64,000 nt of DNA from Dehalococcoidia bacterium. Lineage in GTDB: Bacteria > Chloroflexota > Dehalococcoidia > Plut-88900. Numbering within the stretch: position 1 is the stretch's first letter; every line of letters begins with the position of its first letter. Below, in pieces: positions 30,794-41,394 of this stretch. The stretch spans positions 64,001 to 128,000 of the forward strand of contig OZ240215.1 in assembly GCA_965197585.1 (NCBI GenBank), in the 5' to 3' direction. The notes beneath the pieces were generated by a model. It was not told the DNA's origin. It saw only the letters and a program-made list of their open reading frames with translations, and made no database searches. The position numbers and the translations under genes are program-made.

Positions 30794-32044
30794 TTACTCA
30801 CAAGGTGCTTCAGCTAGAAGGTCTAGTAACTGAACGGAAGTCATTTCTAAGTTAGTCAAACTCGGAGTCTCTGCTACAGTCTCAGAATCGAACTTCCTAT
30901 ACTCTCTCACATAGTCTTTCGCTTCGATTAGCTGGTCTGTCCATGAGCTTTTATTAGCACAGATAGCACCAGCTTCGATACCGACTATCTGGCCGTCAGC
31001 TAAAAACCCACCAAGTTCTTTGGCAATCCAATCTACGTGTTCCCAATATTCCCATTGCTGTATCCACATTTGATGCTCAATTTCATTTATCGCTGTAGCT
31101 GTTGGTCTAGGTCTTGCTGTAGCTGTAGCTCTTGTGCGTTGTACAGGTCTCGATGTAGCGGTAGCCATAATACGTTGTGTAGGCGTTGATGTTGAGGTTA
31201 CTGTTGGTCGTCGTGTAGGCTTTTCTTCATCATCCACAACAGCCACACAAACACTTACAACAATAAGCAACGGAATGCCGACTATGATGCCTCTTATAAT
31301 CCACTTACACCAATTATTCCCTTGAGGAACAGTAGGTATATTAGATTGTAGTTGTGGCCTGCCTACTTTTCCATATAACTGTGAGTATTGCTCACTTTCC
31401 GCAACTTGCTTTGTCTCACTTGATGAAAAGTCAGTAGGCTCCGATTTGTGCGTTGTCCTTTTACCCCCACCTTTCTTGCTTTCTGGCACAAACTCAAAAG
31501 GTCCTTTTTTGCATACAAGCTGGGGACTAGGTGTACGAGATGGATACCATGCGTGTCCACAATTCTTGCATCGAACGCGATCACTAGCCGAAGGCGGTGA
31601 GCTCATCACTCCTTCAGATCCACATCGTTGGCACTTTAAGGTGTAAGACTCTTCAGGTATTTAGCTGGGTGTTTCAAAACTCTTTCTTAGGTCGTGTCCA
31701 CATCCCGAGCAAAAGGCGGCCCCTTCAGCAACTTTGCGACCACAATGAGAGCAAAACACTATTGACTTATCGCGATAAACTTTCGAGGCCTGACTCTTTT
31801 TGGAATCTGGTAAAGCTCGGTCCCACTCCTGTCCACAACTACTGCATCGAATACGAGTAATGCCTAATCCGAGGAACCCGAACCCAATTTTGCCTTCATG
31901 TCCACAGCGCTTACATTTGTATGTAGCCGGTGGTGGACGCATTAGAGATGGACGCATTAATGGTATGTCCCGTCCACAATCAGAACAAAGTCCGGCCCCT
32001 TCTGCTACGGGTGACCGACAATGCGGACATCTCAATGCTGACAA
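30794..32044 (-). pseudogene. Low-GC multi-zinc-ribbon membrane protein interrupted by in-frame TAA at 31661-31663
   Basis: ORFs 31661..32044 and 30794..31609 are in the same frame; the gap encodes IPEESYTLKCQRCGSEG, the CxxC partner of downstream RVRCKNCGHAW; TM helix and T/P/R linker follow. Confidence 0.65.
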
Positions 32045-32110
32045 ACCCTGGCAGATACCTTTCCGCTATGCGAGATTAATGCTCAACTTAACTTTAACCT
32101 CGTAAGCCCG

Positions 32111-32590
32111 CTATCCCGTCCCGTTACCCCGCTTAGGTATCATCACCCGACGCCGCAGCGTGAGAATAGTCTCATCTCTTTGATTCCACGCCCGGGTCTC
32201 GACGTAGAGGATGCCGCGATCGTTCTTGCTCTTGGACTCGCGCTTCTCCAGGATTTCCGTCTCGGCGTAGATGGTGTCGCCGTGGAAGGTCGGGCTGAGG
32301 TGCTTGATGGTCTCGTATTCCAGGTTGGCGATGGCCTTGCCGCTGATCTCCCTGACCGTCATGCCAACGACCAGGCTGATGACGAATAGTCCGTTCACCA
32401 GCCTCTGCCCGAACTGGCTCCCACTCATGTAGTGCTCGTCGATGTGAAGGGGAGCATGGTTCATGGTGATCATGCTGAAAAGGGTGTCGTCGTACTCGTT
32501 GACGGTGCGGCCGGGCCAGTGCTTGTAGATGTCACCGACCGTGTAGTCGTCGTACCAGCTCCCGAAGGCTTCTCGTCCGTCGTGGTCCAT
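32111..32590 (-). CDS. MaoC-family dehydratase
   Basis: HWPGRTV, TMNHAPLHID, QRLVNG, IANL, PTFHGDT; start set at MDHDGR. Confidence 0.9.
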   Translation of the reverse strand: MDHDGREAFGSWYDDYTVGDIYKHWPGRTVNEYDDTLFSMITMNHAPLHIDEHYMSGSQFGQRLVNGLFVISLVVGMTVREISGKAIANLEYETIKHLSPTFHGDTIYAETEILEKRESKSKNDRGILYVETRAWNQRDETILTLRRRVMIPKRGNGTG

Positions 32591-32621
32591 AATGCGCTCC
32601 TGTTGGTAGGGTCTCGTCCTG

Positions 32622-33779
32622 TTAAATCTGGTGCTTCTTGAGCAGGTTACGGGCAATTACGAGCTTCTGGATTTCGTTCGTGCCCTCGCCGATCATCATG
32701 AGGGGCGCGTCACGGAAGTAGCGCTCGACGGGGAACTCCTCTGTGTAGCCGTAGCCGCCGTGGATGCGCATGGCCTCCATCGTGACCTCGTGGGCGGTCT
32801 CGCTGGCAAACAGCTTGGCCATGCCGGCCTCAAGGTCCGACCTTTCGCCCCGGTCCTTCTTGGCTGCGGCGGACAGGGTCAGGAGCCGGGCTGCCTCTAT
32901 CTTTGTAGCCATATCGGCGAGTTTTAGCTGGATGGCTTGGTGCTCGGCGATGGGCTTCCCAAAAGTCACCCTCTGCTGTGCGTAGGTTATGGCGGCGTCG
33001 AACGCGGCTTGGGAGACACCCACGGCACGGGCCGCGATGTTCACCCTGCCACCCTCCAACCCCGACATGATGTGCTTGAACCCCTGCCCCTCGACCCCCC
33101 CCAAGAGGTTGGTTATCGGCACCCGGAAGTCGTCGAAGGCGAACTCCGTGGTGTCGATGCCCCGGTACCCGAGCTTCTTGATCTTCTTGCCGACGGTGAA
33201 GCCTTCACCGCCTTTTTCGATTATGAATAGACTTATGCCTCGGTAGCCCGGCTTGGCGTTCGGGTCCGTCTTGGTCAAGAGTGCAAAGGTGTTGCCCTGG
33301 ATGCCGTTTGTGACGAACATCTTGGAGCCGTTAATAACGTAGTCGTCGCCATCCTTCACGGCCATGGTCTGGATGGACTGGAGGTCGCTGCCGCCGCCCG
33401 GCTCCGTGAGCCCGATGCCTCCGCGCTTTTCGCCCGTTACGATTTTGGGCAGAAAGCGGTGCTTCTGCTCCTCCGTGCCGAACTTGACGATGGCGTAGGT
33501 CATGATCGAATGGCTGCCGATGGTTCCGCTGAGGCTCATCCAACCCTTGCAAAGCTCTTCGATGATGAGTGCGAAGGTCACGTTGTCGAGCCCCAGGCCC
33601 CCGTACTCCTTCGGGACGACGGCCCCGAACAGGCCCATCTCCTTCATCTTCTCCACCATCTCGTGGGGATATTCGTCGGCGTGCTCAAGCTCTGAGACGT
33701 AGGGCTTCACGTCCCGGTTGACGAACTCCCGGATGGTGGAAACCATCTGCTTCTGCTCTTCCGTCAGGACAATGCTCAT
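32622..33779 (-). CDS. Acyl-CoA dehydrogenase
   Basis: GLTEPGGGSD, INGSKMFVTNG, QRVTFGKPI, IHGGYGY, IGEGTNEIQ; start set at MSIVLT. Confidence 0.93.
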   Translation of the reverse strand: MSIVLTEEQKQMVSTIREFVNRDVKPYVSELEHADEYPHEMVEKMKEMGLFGAVVPKEYGGLGLDNVTFALIIEELCKGWMSLSGTIGSHSIMTYAIVKFGTEEQKHRFLPKIVTGEKRGGIGLTEPGGGSDLQSIQTMAVKDGDDYVINGSKMFVTNGIQGNTFALLTKTDPNAKPGYRGISLFIIEKGGEGFTVGKKIKKLGYRGIDTTEFAFDDFRVPITNLLGGVEGQGFKHIMSGLEGGRVNIAARAVGVSQAAFDAAITYAQQRVTFGKPIAEHQAIQLKLADMATKIEAARLLTLSAAAKKDRGERSDLEAGMAKLFASETAHEVTMEAMRIHGGYGYTEEFPVERYFRDAPLMMIGEGTNEIQKLVIARNLLKKHQI

Positions 33780-33826
33780 CCGGTCCTCCCTAAGGGCTAT
33801 ATAATCGTGGCTTGGATGATCGGCTA

Positions 33827-35062
33827 CTAAGTGGTGGGCCCCGTGATCCCGAGGGCCCCGCCCGGCTGCTCCAGCAGCTGGATTCGGGCCTGGGTCCTGA
33901 CCGGCAGCCCAAAGATGTCTATGAATCCCTTCGACGCACTCTGGTCGAAGGTGTCTCCCTGGTCGTAAGTCGCGAGCTCGAACTGGTAGAGTGCCTGCGG
34001 GGCCTTGCGCCCGACCACCGTGCACTGGCCCTTGTGCAGTTTGACTCGAATTGTGCCGGTGACGTGCCGCTGGGTGCTCTGCACGTAGGAGGCCAGGTCC
34101 TGGTGCAGGGCCGTGAACCAGAGGCCGTTATAGATCAGGTCGGCGTACTCCTGGGCTACCCTATCCTTGAATCGGGCCTGTTCCTTGCTGAGGGTCATGT
34201 CTTCCAGGGCCCGGTGGGCGGTGGTGAGGACAATGCCTGCTGGAGCTTCATATATCTCCCGGGACTTGATCCCGACCAGCCGGTTCTCAACGTGGTCGAT
34301 TCTCCCCACCCCGTGCGCCCCTGCTGCCTTGTTCAGCATGTCGATCAGCTCCACACCGCTGACGTCCCGACCATCCAGCCGAATTGGAATACCCGTCTCG
34401 AATTCGATCTCGTGGTATGCCGGTTCGTCGGGTGCGTTAGCCGAGGATACGGTCCACTGGTAAACGTCCTCCGGAGGCTCGACCCACGGGTCTTCCAGCA
34501 CCCCTGTCTCTATGCTCCGGCCCCATAAGTTCTCATCGATGGAGTAGGGGTTGGCCTTGGTCAGCGGCACGGGGATGCTGTGCTCCTTGGCGTAGTCGAT
34601 CTCCTGCTCCCGGGTCATACCCCACTCGCGGGCCGGGGCGATGATCTCGAGGCTGGGGGCAAGGGCCCCGACGCTCACGTCGAACCGGACCTGGTCGTTC
34701 CCTTTGCCGGTGCAGCCGTGGGCAACGGCATAGGCGCCCGTCTCCAGGGCCACGTCCACGAGGAGTTTGGCCATGAGAGGTCGGGCGAGGGCAGTGGCCA
34801 GGGGGTATTTTCCTTCGTATACGGCGCCCGCTTGCAGGGCGGGCCAAACGAAGAACTTTACGAAGTCTTCACGGGCGTTGAGCACCTCGGCCTGAACGGC
34901 TCCCGTGCCCAGGGCCCGCTGCCGCACCTTTTCCAAGTCTATCTCGCCGCCCACGTCTACGGTAAGAGTCACGATCTCGGCGTTGTAGCGGTCGGAAAGC
35001 CATTTGATGGCTACGGAGGTGTCGAGCCCCCCGCTATATGCAAGGACGATCTTTTGGGTCAC
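33827..35062 (-). CDS. argG: Argininosuccinate synthase
   Basis: LAYSGGLDTS, AHGCTGKGNDQVRF, SIDENLWG, ENRLVGIKSREIYE. Confidence 0.97.
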   Translation of the reverse strand: MTQKIVLAYSGGLDTSVAIKWLSDRYNAEIVTLTVDVGGEIDLEKVRQRALGTGAVQAEVLNAREDFVKFFVWPALQAGAVYEGKYPLATALARPLMAKLLVDVALETGAYAVAHGCTGKGNDQVRFDVSVGALAPSLEIIAPAREWGMTREQEIDYAKEHSIPVPLTKANPYSIDENLWGRSIETGVLEDPWVEPPEDVYQWTVSSANAPDEPAYHEIEFETGIPIRLDGRDVSGVELIDMLNKAAGAHGVGRIDHVENRLVGIKSREIYEAPAGIVLTTAHRALEDMTLSKEQARFKDRVAQEYADLIYNGLWFTALHQDLASYVQSTQRHVTGTIRVKLHKGQCTVVGRKAPQALYQFELATYDQGDTFDQSASKGFIDIFGLPVRTQARIQLLEQPGGALGITGPTT

Positions 35063-35079
35063 GGTATTCCTCTGTAAGT

Positions 35080-36270
35080 CTAGCCTTGGGCCACGGCCCC
35101 GAGGGCCGCATCCAGTATTTCGATTGCCTTGTCCGCCTCATCATCGGAAAGAATCAGGGGTGGGATGAGTCGGAGGGCATTGGGCTTTACGGGGTTTACG
35201 AGCAGGCCGCGCTCGCGGCACTCGTTGACGAGGGCGCCCGAGACATTCTCGCTGAGGGCCAGGGCAAGGAGCAGCCCGACTCCCCGCACTCCCACGGCCA
35301 GGTCGTGCTTGCCGGTCAGCCCTTCAAGGCCGGCCCGTAGCCGCTCCCCGACCCTTCGGGCATTACCAACAACGTCGTTCTCAAGGATGTAGCGCATGTT
35401 GGCTGCGCCGACCGCGGTGCCCAAGGGGTTTCCGCTGAAGGTGGAGCCGTGGTCGCCGGGTTCAAATACGGACGCCGCCTTCTTGGCCATGACTGCGCCT
35501 ATGGGGAACCCCCCACCTAGGGCCTTGGCCAGGGTAATCACGTCGGGCTCCACCCCGAAATGCTGGTAGGCGAACAGGTTGCCCGTCCTCCCGATGCCCG
35601 TCTGGACCTCGTCGAAGATAAGGAGCAGGTTCTGCTGGTCGCACCAGTCCCGGACCTGCTGGAGATACTCGCGGGAGGGGACATTGACGCCGCCCTCGCC
35701 CTGGATGGGTTCCAGCATCACTGCGCAGGTGCTCTCAGATGTGGCTGATATAACGGCTTCGATGTCGTCGAAGGGGACGTTGGTGAAGCCTTGGGGGAGG
35801 GGGGTGAAGGTGGCCTGGTGGTCGGGCTGGCCCGTGGCTGCGACCATTGCGAACGTGCGCCCGTGGAATGAGTTCATCGCCGAGATGACCTCGTAAGCTC
35901 CATTCAGGTTGACCTTGCCGTGCTTTCGGGCGATTTTTATGGCCGCTTCGTTGGCTTCCGCTCCGCTGTTTTGGAAGAACACCTCATCACAGCAGGAGTT
36001 TTCGACCAGGAGCTGGGCCAACTCTACCTGGGGAATCGTGTAGTAAAGATTGGAGACATGCCAGAGAGTCTGGCTCTGTTTCTGTAGCGCCTCGACCAAG
36101 ACAGGGTGGCAGTGCCCCAGCCCCGTGACCGCGATCCCGCCCACGAAGTCCAGGTACTCCTTCCCGTCTTCATCCCAGACCCTGACGCCCTCGCCCCTGA
36201 CCAGGGTCAAGGGCTGGCGGCGGCCCGTCTTCATAAAATACTTGGCTTCCAGCTCCTGCCAATTCACCAT
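35080..36270 (-). CDS. argD: Acetylornithine aminotransferase
   Basis: NSGAEANE, SFHGRT, EPIQGEGG, DEVQTG, AKALGGG, HGSTF; arg cluster context. Confidence 0.93.
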   Translation of the reverse strand: MVNWQELEAKYFMKTGRRQPLTLVRGEGVRVWDEDGKEYLDFVGGIAVTGLGHCHPVLVEALQKQSQTLWHVSNLYYTIPQVELAQLLVENSCCDEVFFQNSGAEANEAAIKIARKHGKVNLNGAYEVISAMNSFHGRTFAMVAATGQPDHQATFTPLPQGFTNVPFDDIEAVISATSESTCAVMLEPIQGEGGVNVPSREYLQQVRDWCDQQNLLLIFDEVQTGIGRTGNLFAYQHFGVEPDVITLAKALGGGFPIGAVMAKKAASVFEPGDHGSTFSGNPLGTAVGAANMRYILENDVVGNARRVGERLRAGLEGLTGKHDLAVGVRGVGLLLALALSENVSGALVNECRERGLLVNPVKPNALRLIPPLILSDDEADKAIEILDAALGAVAQG

Positions 36271-36325
36271 ATCTTTTTCCTTTCTAAAGACCCGATAACA
36301 TTGTCATCTCGATGCCCCATATTTC

Positions 36326-36354
36326 TGTCATCCCGAGGCCCCGCGAGGGATCTA
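36326..36354. repeat. REP-like GTCAT-family repeat
   Basis: TGTCATCCCGAGGCCCCGCGAGGGATCTA, near-identical to 61735-61763 and to the IS481 empty site. Confidence 0.75.
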
Positions 36355-36430
36355 AGGCGCATGCAGGCGGCCCGCTTATGATTCGCTTTCCACGATATTG
36401 CCAATGGGGCCCGTGGGTTGAGGTTTCCAA

Positions 36431-36490
36431 TCCCCTCTCCCATCTAGGGAGAGGGCTAGGGTTGAAGACTCGCTGAGGCGAGTGAGGGTG
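36431..36490. repeat. BoxC-like repeat copy
   Basis: CCCCTCTCC...GGGAGAGGGCTAGGGT...GTGAGGGTG with inserted GACTCGCTGAGGCGAGT (similar insert at ~53284). Confidence 0.7.
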
Positions 36491-36518
36491 TTTCTTTTTC
36501 CTTACTAATGTCAGCTAA

Positions 36519-37310
36519 CTATTCTCCCCCGAACCACGTCCCAGGCCCCTTGCCCTCGACCGCATCCAGCAAGGCGTGCGGCCGACGCCCGTCAGTTATC
36601 ACGGCCCTTACCGACGCCTCTGAGGCTTTTAGGCAAGCCTCGACCTTGGGAATCATACCCGAGTTGATAACTCCGGATTCGATCATGTTCTGCACGTCGT
36701 CTCTCGAAAGGGAGGATGCACAGGTGCCGGTCTCGTCCAAAATCCCTTCCACGTCGGTGAGAAAAACAAGGGTTGAGACATGAATCTCGGAGGCCAGGGC
36801 GCCGGCCACGGTGTCGGCGTTGACGTTCAGGATGCCCCTCCAGTCTGCGCTGCCGTTTCGCCGTTGGGAGGCTATGGGCGACAGGACGGGGAGAAAACCG
36901 CTCTTAACAAGGGCCTCTAAAGGCGTGGGGTCCACCCCCGTGACCCGACCCACATACCCCAGCTCCGAGTCCCGCACCTCCGCCTGGATAATTCCTCCGT
37001 CCACACCGCTCAGACCGACGGCTCGACCCCCGCACCCGGCTATCGAGGCAACCAGTTCCTTATTTACGAGACCTGCCAGGACGGCCGTGGCGACTTCAAG
37101 TGCTGGACCGTCGGTGACTCGCAGCCCGCGGACGAATCGCGCCTCGACCCCGTGACGCCGCTGCCAGTCCGACACAACATTGCCGCCGCCGTGAACGACG
37201 ATAATCTCGACTCCGTCGCGCTGGAGGGCAGCCAGGTCTGAGAATAGGGTGTCGGACGCGCCGAGGGCCCCTCCCCCAATCTTGACTACTGCCTGACGCA
37301 TCCCCTTCAC
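36519..37310 (-). CDS. argB: Acetylglutamate kinase
   Basis: VVKIGG, VHGGG, GLRVTD, NVNADT, LTDVEG, GMIPKV. Confidence 0.95.
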   Translation of the reverse strand: MKGMRQAVVKIGGGALGASDTLFSDLAALQRDGVEIIVVHGGGNVVSDWQRRHGVEARFVRGLRVTDGPALEVATAVLAGLVNKELVASIAGCGGRAVGLSGVDGGIIQAEVRDSELGYVGRVTGVDPTPLEALVKSGFLPVLSPIASQRRNGSADWRGILNVNADTVAGALASEIHVSTLVFLTDVEGILDETGTCASSLSRDDVQNMIESGVINSGMIPKVEACLKASEASVRAVITDGRRPHALLDAVEGKGPGTWFGGE

Positions 37311-37322
37311 CTTGACCCGGGC

Positions 37323-38543
37323 CTAGGTAGTGTACTCGCTGTTGAAGGTGACGTACTCCTCGGAGAGGTCACACGTCCAGGCCGTCGCCGACGCTTCTCC
37401 AACATTCAAGACCAGCTTGATCGAGACCTCTTCCTGGTCCAGTGAACGAGAGACCGCGTCTTCGTAATAGGGGACGGGGGTGCCGTTGTTGAGCATGAAG
37501 ATATCGTTGATGAAGAGGTCGGTCTTCGACTCCTCGATATACGCGCCCGTCCGACCCAACGCAGCCATGAGGCGTCCCCAGTTGGGGTCGTTCCCGTGTA
37601 TCGCGCTCTTGACCAGCATAGAGGTCGATATGATTCGAGCGGCGTTACGGGCCTCATCCAGGGAGAGGGCCTTTTCGATGATGATTTCGATTATCTTGGT
37701 AGCGCCCTCACCGTCCCGTGCTATCTGCTTGGCCAGGAAGGTGCAGACCTGTTTCAGCGCCTCCGTAAAGGTCTCCCCCTCGGCCCCGTCTCCCGAGATC
37801 GGCGCATTCCCTGCCAGCCCGTTGGCCAGCACGGTGACTGTATCGCTGGTACTGGTGTCTCCATCGATGCTGATCATGTTGAAAGAGTCACCCACGGCAT
37901 TCTCAAGAGCAGTCTGTAGAAAAGCAGGATCGACCGCCGCGTCCGTAGCGATAAACGAGAGCATAGTAGCCATGTCCGGGTGTACCATTCCCGCGCCCTT
38001 GGCTATCCCCCCGACCACCGCCTGGGTCCCGCCACCCGTGTCAAAAGAGACCGCGATCTCCTTGGGGTGGGTGTCGGTGGTCATGATGGCCCGTGCCATG
38101 AACGGCCCTCCATCATCAGTGACCTCAATTTCCTCTATCCCCGCCCGTATTCGGGCCATCGGCAGCTCGACGCCTATGACGCCGGTACTGGCGATCAGCA
38201 CGTCCTCTGCCGCAACTCCGAGCTTATTCCCCGCCAACACTGACATCTCTACCGCATCGATCCGCCCCTGCTCCCCGACCGACACGTTGGCGATGCCGCT
38301 GTTTACTACAACGGCTTGAGCATATGGGTCTTTCAGGTAGTCCCTGTTGACCAGAATCGCGGGTGCCGTTACCCGGTTCTTGGTGAAGACGGCTGCAGCA
38401 GCGGCGCGGGCCTCCGAGTAGATAAGCCCGAGGTCCAGTTTGTCGACGCCGTAGGGTTTGACTCCGCAGTAAACACCGCCGGCGCTGAACCCTTTGGGGC
38501 TGGTAACGGTGCCGCCTTCAATCCGTTCTATAGAGCCTTTCAT
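37323..38543 (-). CDS. argJ: Bifunctional ornithine acetyltransferase
   Basis: ASTGVIG, AIMTTDT, AKGAGMVHPDMATML, DGDTSTSD, DGEGATK; start set at MKGSIE. Confidence 0.95.
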   Translation of the reverse strand: MKGSIERIEGGTVTSPKGFSAGGVYCGVKPYGVDKLDLGLIYSEARAAAAAVFTKNRVTAPAILVNRDYLKDPYAQAVVVNSGIANVSVGEQGRIDAVEMSVLAGNKLGVAAEDVLIASTGVIGVELPMARIRAGIEEIEVTDDGGPFMARAIMTTDTHPKEIAVSFDTGGGTQAVVGGIAKGAGMVHPDMATMLSFIATDAAVDPAFLQTALENAVGDSFNMISIDGDTSTSDTVTVLANGLAGNAPISGDGAEGETFTEALKQVCTFLAKQIARDGEGATKIIEIIIEKALSLDEARNAARIISTSMLVKSAIHGNDPNWGRLMAALGRTGAYIEESKTDLFINDIFMLNNGTPVPYYEDAVSRSLDQEEVSIKLVLNVGEASATAWTCDLSEEYVTFNSEYTT

Positions 38544-38638
38544 TGCTGCCTTTCCGTGCCTCGATCCTCCCTGGACAGGCGTCGTGAAGTATATCACTTT
38601 TGGTCTTGGAGGCATGAGACTCGGTGTTCATTGAAACG

Positions 38639-38673
38639 GGAAAAGCCGACGGGAGTATCCCGTCGGCTTTTCC
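38639..38673 (-). terminator. Intrinsic terminator-like hairpin downstream of UGSC gene 1
   Basis: GGAAAAGCCGACGGGA-GTA-TCCCGTCGGCTTTTCC perfect 16-bp inverted repeat. Confidence 0.7.
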
Positions 38674-38715
38674 ACCGAGCCTGGTTTCTTATGAAATCGT
38701 CTAGCTCGGCAGGAG

Positions 38716-39273
38716 TTAGGACATCCTGCCGTTCGTGAGGATGTCCACAATCTGGGGCAGGGCGTCCTTGGCCCGTGCCTTCAGGTCGTCATCCGCTAGG
38801 CTGCCGATGGGGTGCTTGACCACCACAAAGGGGTAGTCAGGGAGGCCGCGGGTGCGGGCGATGGCCTGCACTCCGGGTATGAACTGGTCGCTGATTATGA
38901 CAGCGGTGGGTACGCCCCGGTCTTCGAGGGAGATCGCGTCGTGCATACAGCACGTACTGCAGGAGCCTCAGTCCCCGATCGCAATCAGGGTGGCATCCGC
39001 CTTCTCCGCTAGCTCGTCGAGTAGCTCGGGGGGTGATACGTCGGAGACGTTTGGCCTGGCGACGAACGTGACGTCGGAGATCTCATACTCCGACTTGATG
39101 AGATCGGTGACCATCCAGAGGAGCTTGTCCCCGTTGAGCCTCCGGTCATGCAAGAGCCCGATGCGCTTGCCGTTGAGGCTGTCGATCTTGGGGGCCATAT
39201 CGATGTGCTCTTCGAGCATCTCGTCGCCCCTCGGGTCTAGGGCGATCATAGTTTTCAGCATGTCGCTGACCAT
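38716..39273 (-). CDS. UGSC-motif (seleno)protein, copy 1 (TGA at 38968-38970)
   Basis: IAIGD-TGA-GSCSTCCMHD joins ORFs 38968..39273 and 38716..38946 in frame; hairpin CGTGC-TGTAT-GCACG follows (38940-38954). Confidence 0.88.
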
Positions 39274-39483
39274 GGGTGCCTCCTTTGCTGACGTTAGTGG
39301 AACCAGTATACCACGCAGTGTGTCAATTCAGGCTGTCATTCCAAACGAAACTTCTAGGCGCTTGATTTAGCGTACCTTAAACTAAAGGTTGAGAGTGGTC
39401 TGAGGCATCGATGTTCAGAGTTGGCTTCCAGCCACCTTCCCGGCGACTGCCCCAAGTGTAGGCGAGGAAAGCAGGGTATGTAA

Positions 39484-40206
39484 TTGAGAGCGGTTACATG
39501 GAATGTCGAGTGGGCGACCGCTAGATCACGGCGTACCCCTGAAATACTGAGACGTATTGACGGTCACGCCCCCGAAATCGTCTGTCTCACCGAGACGGAT
39601 GTAAGGTTGCTGTCTCAACGCGGGTACACCATCTGCTCAGAGCCCGACGCCGGTTACGGAATCAAGATGAGCCGGCGTAAGGTCATACTCTGGTCGCGAG
39701 AGCCTTGGGACGAAGTAGATGACGTGGGGCTCGATTCGATGCCACCGGGCCGTTTTGTGGCTGGAGTCACGCAGACTTCCTTGGGCGAAGGCACAGTCGT
39801 TGGAGTCTGCATTCCCTGGTTCGGATCCCGGACCGAGGCTAGGCGCAAGGCGGAACGCAAGGAGCGGTGGGCAGACTATGAGCAGTATCTGGTCGGTCTC
39901 ACTGAAATTCTCGGACGAGCGACTGCGAAGCGTCTGATAGTGATGGGGGACTTCAATCAAGTTATAGGAACAGGTAGCCGAGCACCTGTCGACCTGCGGT
40001 TGGCGCTTAAAGAGGCCTTCCTGCCGAGCATGAAAATCGCTACATCAGATCTTGCCTTCCAGGGCCGCAAAAGCATCGACCACATTGCTCTGAGTAATGA
40101 TTGCGCAATTGGATCCCTGGAAGTAATCAGCAACATCCACGAAGAGAGAAAACTCTCAGACCATTTCGGAATAGTCGCCGACCTGACTGCCCAGCAATTG
40201 CCTTAG
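39484..40206 (+). CDS. Endonuclease/exonuclease/phosphatase family protein
   Basis: VTWNV, CLTE, MGDFN, IDHI, LSDH. Confidence 0.88.
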   Translation: MRAVTWNVEWATARSRRTPEILRRIDGHAPEIVCLTETDVRLLSQRGYTICSEPDAGYGIKMSRRKVILWSREPWDEVDDVGLDSMPPGRFVAGVTQTSLGEGTVVGVCIPWFGSRTEARRKAERKERWADYEQYLVGLTEILGRATAKRLIVMGDFNQVIGTGSRAPVDLRLALKEAFLPSMKIATSDLAFQGRKSIDHIALSNDCAIGSLEVISNIHEERKLSDHFGIVADLTAQQLP

Positions 40207-40294
40207 CATATGGCTGTTCTTGTGAGGGTGGACCACTCGGAAGGAAGCGTGGCTCCACGCAGATCACTTCGTGCTTAGAAGAGGTTGGGCGGGC

Positions 40295-41110
40295 CTACTT
40301 CCAATTCTGCTGCAACAACGGCTGATAAGTAATCCCCGTGGTCACACTCAGACCCGCGTCCACGGGTAGGGTAACTCCCGTGACCCACCGAGCCTCGTCG
40401 CTCGCAAGGAACACCGCCGCCCACCCCACATCCCATCCCGTCCCCTCCGTCCCGAGAGGCGCCGCCGCCATCCGCCTCTCCCGCATCCCCTCTTCCATCC
40501 GGGGCGCGACCATCGGCGTGTAGACCAGGCCCGGCGCTATGGCGTTGACACGTATGTTGTCCGGGCCGTGGTCTGCAGCCATGGAGAACGTCAGACCAAT
40601 AACCGCCGCCTTGGAAGTGGTGTAGGGAGTGCTGTGATGTGCCCTGAGCCCCGCTGTCGAAGCAATATTGATTATCGACCCACCGCCGTCCTCTTTCATC
40701 CGTGGCACGATGTGACGGCTGCACAGCATCATGCTCTTCACGTTGACGGCCATTACCCGGTCCCACTCCTCAGGCGTCACATCCAGCACCGACCCTCGCT
40801 TGGATATGCCCACGTTGTTCACCAGCACGTCGATGCGGCCGTAGCGTTCGATGGCCGTCTCAGCGAGACGGCTGGCGTCCTCTTCGACAGTGACGTCAAC
40901 CTCGATGGTGGATGCCACTCCTCCCTCCGCCTCTATCGTGGCGAGGGTCTCGCGGGCACGGTCCTCGTGCAGGTCCGCAAGCAATACCCTCGCTCCCTCC
41001 TGAGCGAAAAGAATAGCCGTGGCCTTCCCATTCCCCATGCCCGGCCCGCTGGACCCGGCCCCCGTAATTATGGCTGTCTTTCCCGCTAGTCTTCCTTCGG
41101 TGTTGGGCAT
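40295..41110 (-). CDS. Short-chain dehydrogenase/reductase
   Basis: ITGAGS..GNG, NNVG, YTTSK, IRVNAIAPG. Confidence 0.93.
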   Translation of the reverse strand: MPNTEGRLAGKTAIITGAGSSGPGMGNGKATAILFAQEGARVLLADLHEDRARETLATIEAEGGVASTIEVDVTVEEDASRLAETAIERYGRIDVLVNNVGISKRGSVLDVTPEEWDRVMAVNVKSMMLCSRHIVPRMKEDGGGSIINIASTAGLRAHHSTPYTTSKAAVIGLTFSMAADHGPDNIRVNAIAPGLVYTPMVAPRMEEGMRERRMAAAPLGTEGTGWDVGWAAVFLASDEARWVTGVTLPVDAGLSVTTGITYQPLLQQNWK

Positions 41111-41394
41111 TACTACCCCTTCCTATCTGACCCGCTGAAAGCAATCAGTGGGCTGGATTGCCCTTTCCCCTGTGCTTTTCTCAATCTACCTATGTTTGCC
41201 GTCTCGAATAAACGCGACCTTGGGATTCCCAGAATCCCTCCCACCGCCAGCAGGACGAGTCCCCACCGATGAACCCTTCGGTTGCCCTGAAATAGCCTAG
41301 CACCTAATCATAGCTATGATATTTGCAGCTTATCCCTTGAATGTCTGTTAGTCTAATCAGCGCGTATTACAAACATAAGGAGGGAATCTTTAGC

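Noticed and set aside
32090-32110. TAACCTCGTAAGC resembling the 3' end of the c-di-AMP (ydaO) riboswitch
   Set aside because: Rest of the aptamer absent and orientation opposite to local genes
33780-34025. N-terminal extension of the acyl-CoA dehydrogenase
   Set aside because: Overlaps argG; GGAGG RBS precedes ATG at 33779
40225-40260. CGGAAGGAAGC resembling SRP RNA helix 8
   Set aside because: Preceding CAGG motif and long flanking stem are absent
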